Source of the DNA: a virus
Taxonomy: Duplodnaviria; Caudoviricetes
IMG/VR virus record: IMGVR_UViG_3300027754_000223
Span: 1 to 37,405 of that record
Length of the DNA stretch: 37,405 bases
Strand: one strand, 5' to 3'
The notes under the pieces were generated by a model. The model searched no databases. It was not told the DNA's origin and was given only the letters and a program-made list of their open reading frames with translations. Numbering within the stretch: position 1 is the first letter of the stretch; every line of letters begins with the position of its first letter. The position numbers were made by a program, and so were the translations under genes. Positions 36,938 to 37,405 of this stretch are shown in pieces.

Positions 36938-37405
36938 ATGGAAAAAACAACTACAAAGGCTGTAAAGCCTCAGGAGGTTGAGCAGCAGCCTGCTCCTTTC
37001 TATGTTCGCCTTCACAAGGCAAAACAACTAATCGGTAAAGTACATAAGAATGCTACTAACCCTCACTTTAAGAAATCTTATGCAGATATCAATAGTATCC
37101 TAGAAGCTGTTGAGCCTATCTTATTACAGCATGATCTACTTTTGCTACAGCCTATAGATGGTGGTAGTGTTTGTACTCAGCTTGTATGTATTTATACTGG
37201 CTTTTCTATCTCTAGCTGTATGGCACTGGACTTAAATCTAGATGCACAAAAGCAGGGATCACAAATTAGCTATTTTCGCAGGTACACCATCCAAAGTCTG
37301 CTCACCCTTCAGGCAACTGATGATGATGGCCACGTAGCATCTACTGCGAAGCCTAAGATAGATGCAAAGAGATTTGCTGAGGCTGTTAAGACTATAGCAG
37401 ATGGT
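36938..37405 (+). CDS. erf: ERF-family annealing protein, 3'-truncated by the window edge
   Basis: Allele of 8476..9027. Confidence 0.85.
   Translation, partial: MEKTTTKAVKPQEVEQQPAPFYVRLHKAKQLIGKVHKNATNPHFKKSYADINSILEAVEPILLQHDLLLLQPIDGGSVCTQLVCIYTGFSISSCMALDLNLDAQKQGSQISYFRRYTIQSLLTLQATDDDGHVASTAKPKIDAKRFAEAVKTIADG

Larger units (their letters stand above)
27852..37405 (+). repeat. Long imperfect direct repeat, copy 2 (variant haplotype)
   Basis: tattgtggtggatacattaacagggatatgg at 27852 equals position 1. The window end equals position 8943. Confidence 0.97.

Overview
This window is an essentially complete ~27.85 kb tailed dsDNA phage genome, probably siphovirus-like. A Bacteroidota/Flavobacterium-type host is inferred from TAnnTTTG promoters, A-rich Shine-Dalgarno-less leaders and a BT4734/VirE-N-type primase. 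The contig runs about 1.3 times round the genome: 1..8943 recurs at 27852..37405. The two copies are mosaic (divergent lysis genes, a ~5.8 kb apparently identical core, a swapped-in DNA methyltransferase and one extra small gene), most simply a join of two co-occurring strains. Modules: lysis (holin, amidase, unimolecular-spanin-like lipoprotein); metallophosphoesterase; non-coding control region; small early genes; HNH; DnaA-like HTH with an iteron origin and primase-helicase; VRR-NUC, ERF, exonuclease and SSB; an ECF-like sigma factor; terminase; tail; head; portal. No integrase, CI-like repressor, tRNA or CRISPR was recognised. Two regulatory systems are read directly from the sequence. (1) A promoter-bearing terminator hairpin (~2320-2386) has a 16-nt loop complementary to the start-codon-proximal leaders of the first gene behind three host-type promoters, suggesting an sRNA that silences early operons. 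(2) Five exactly spaced WWACA-N16-YAATATAGGTA motifs, four fused to an ATG, are the probable leaderless late promoters of the phage sigma factor. All protein calls come from motif recognition and synteny, not database searches.
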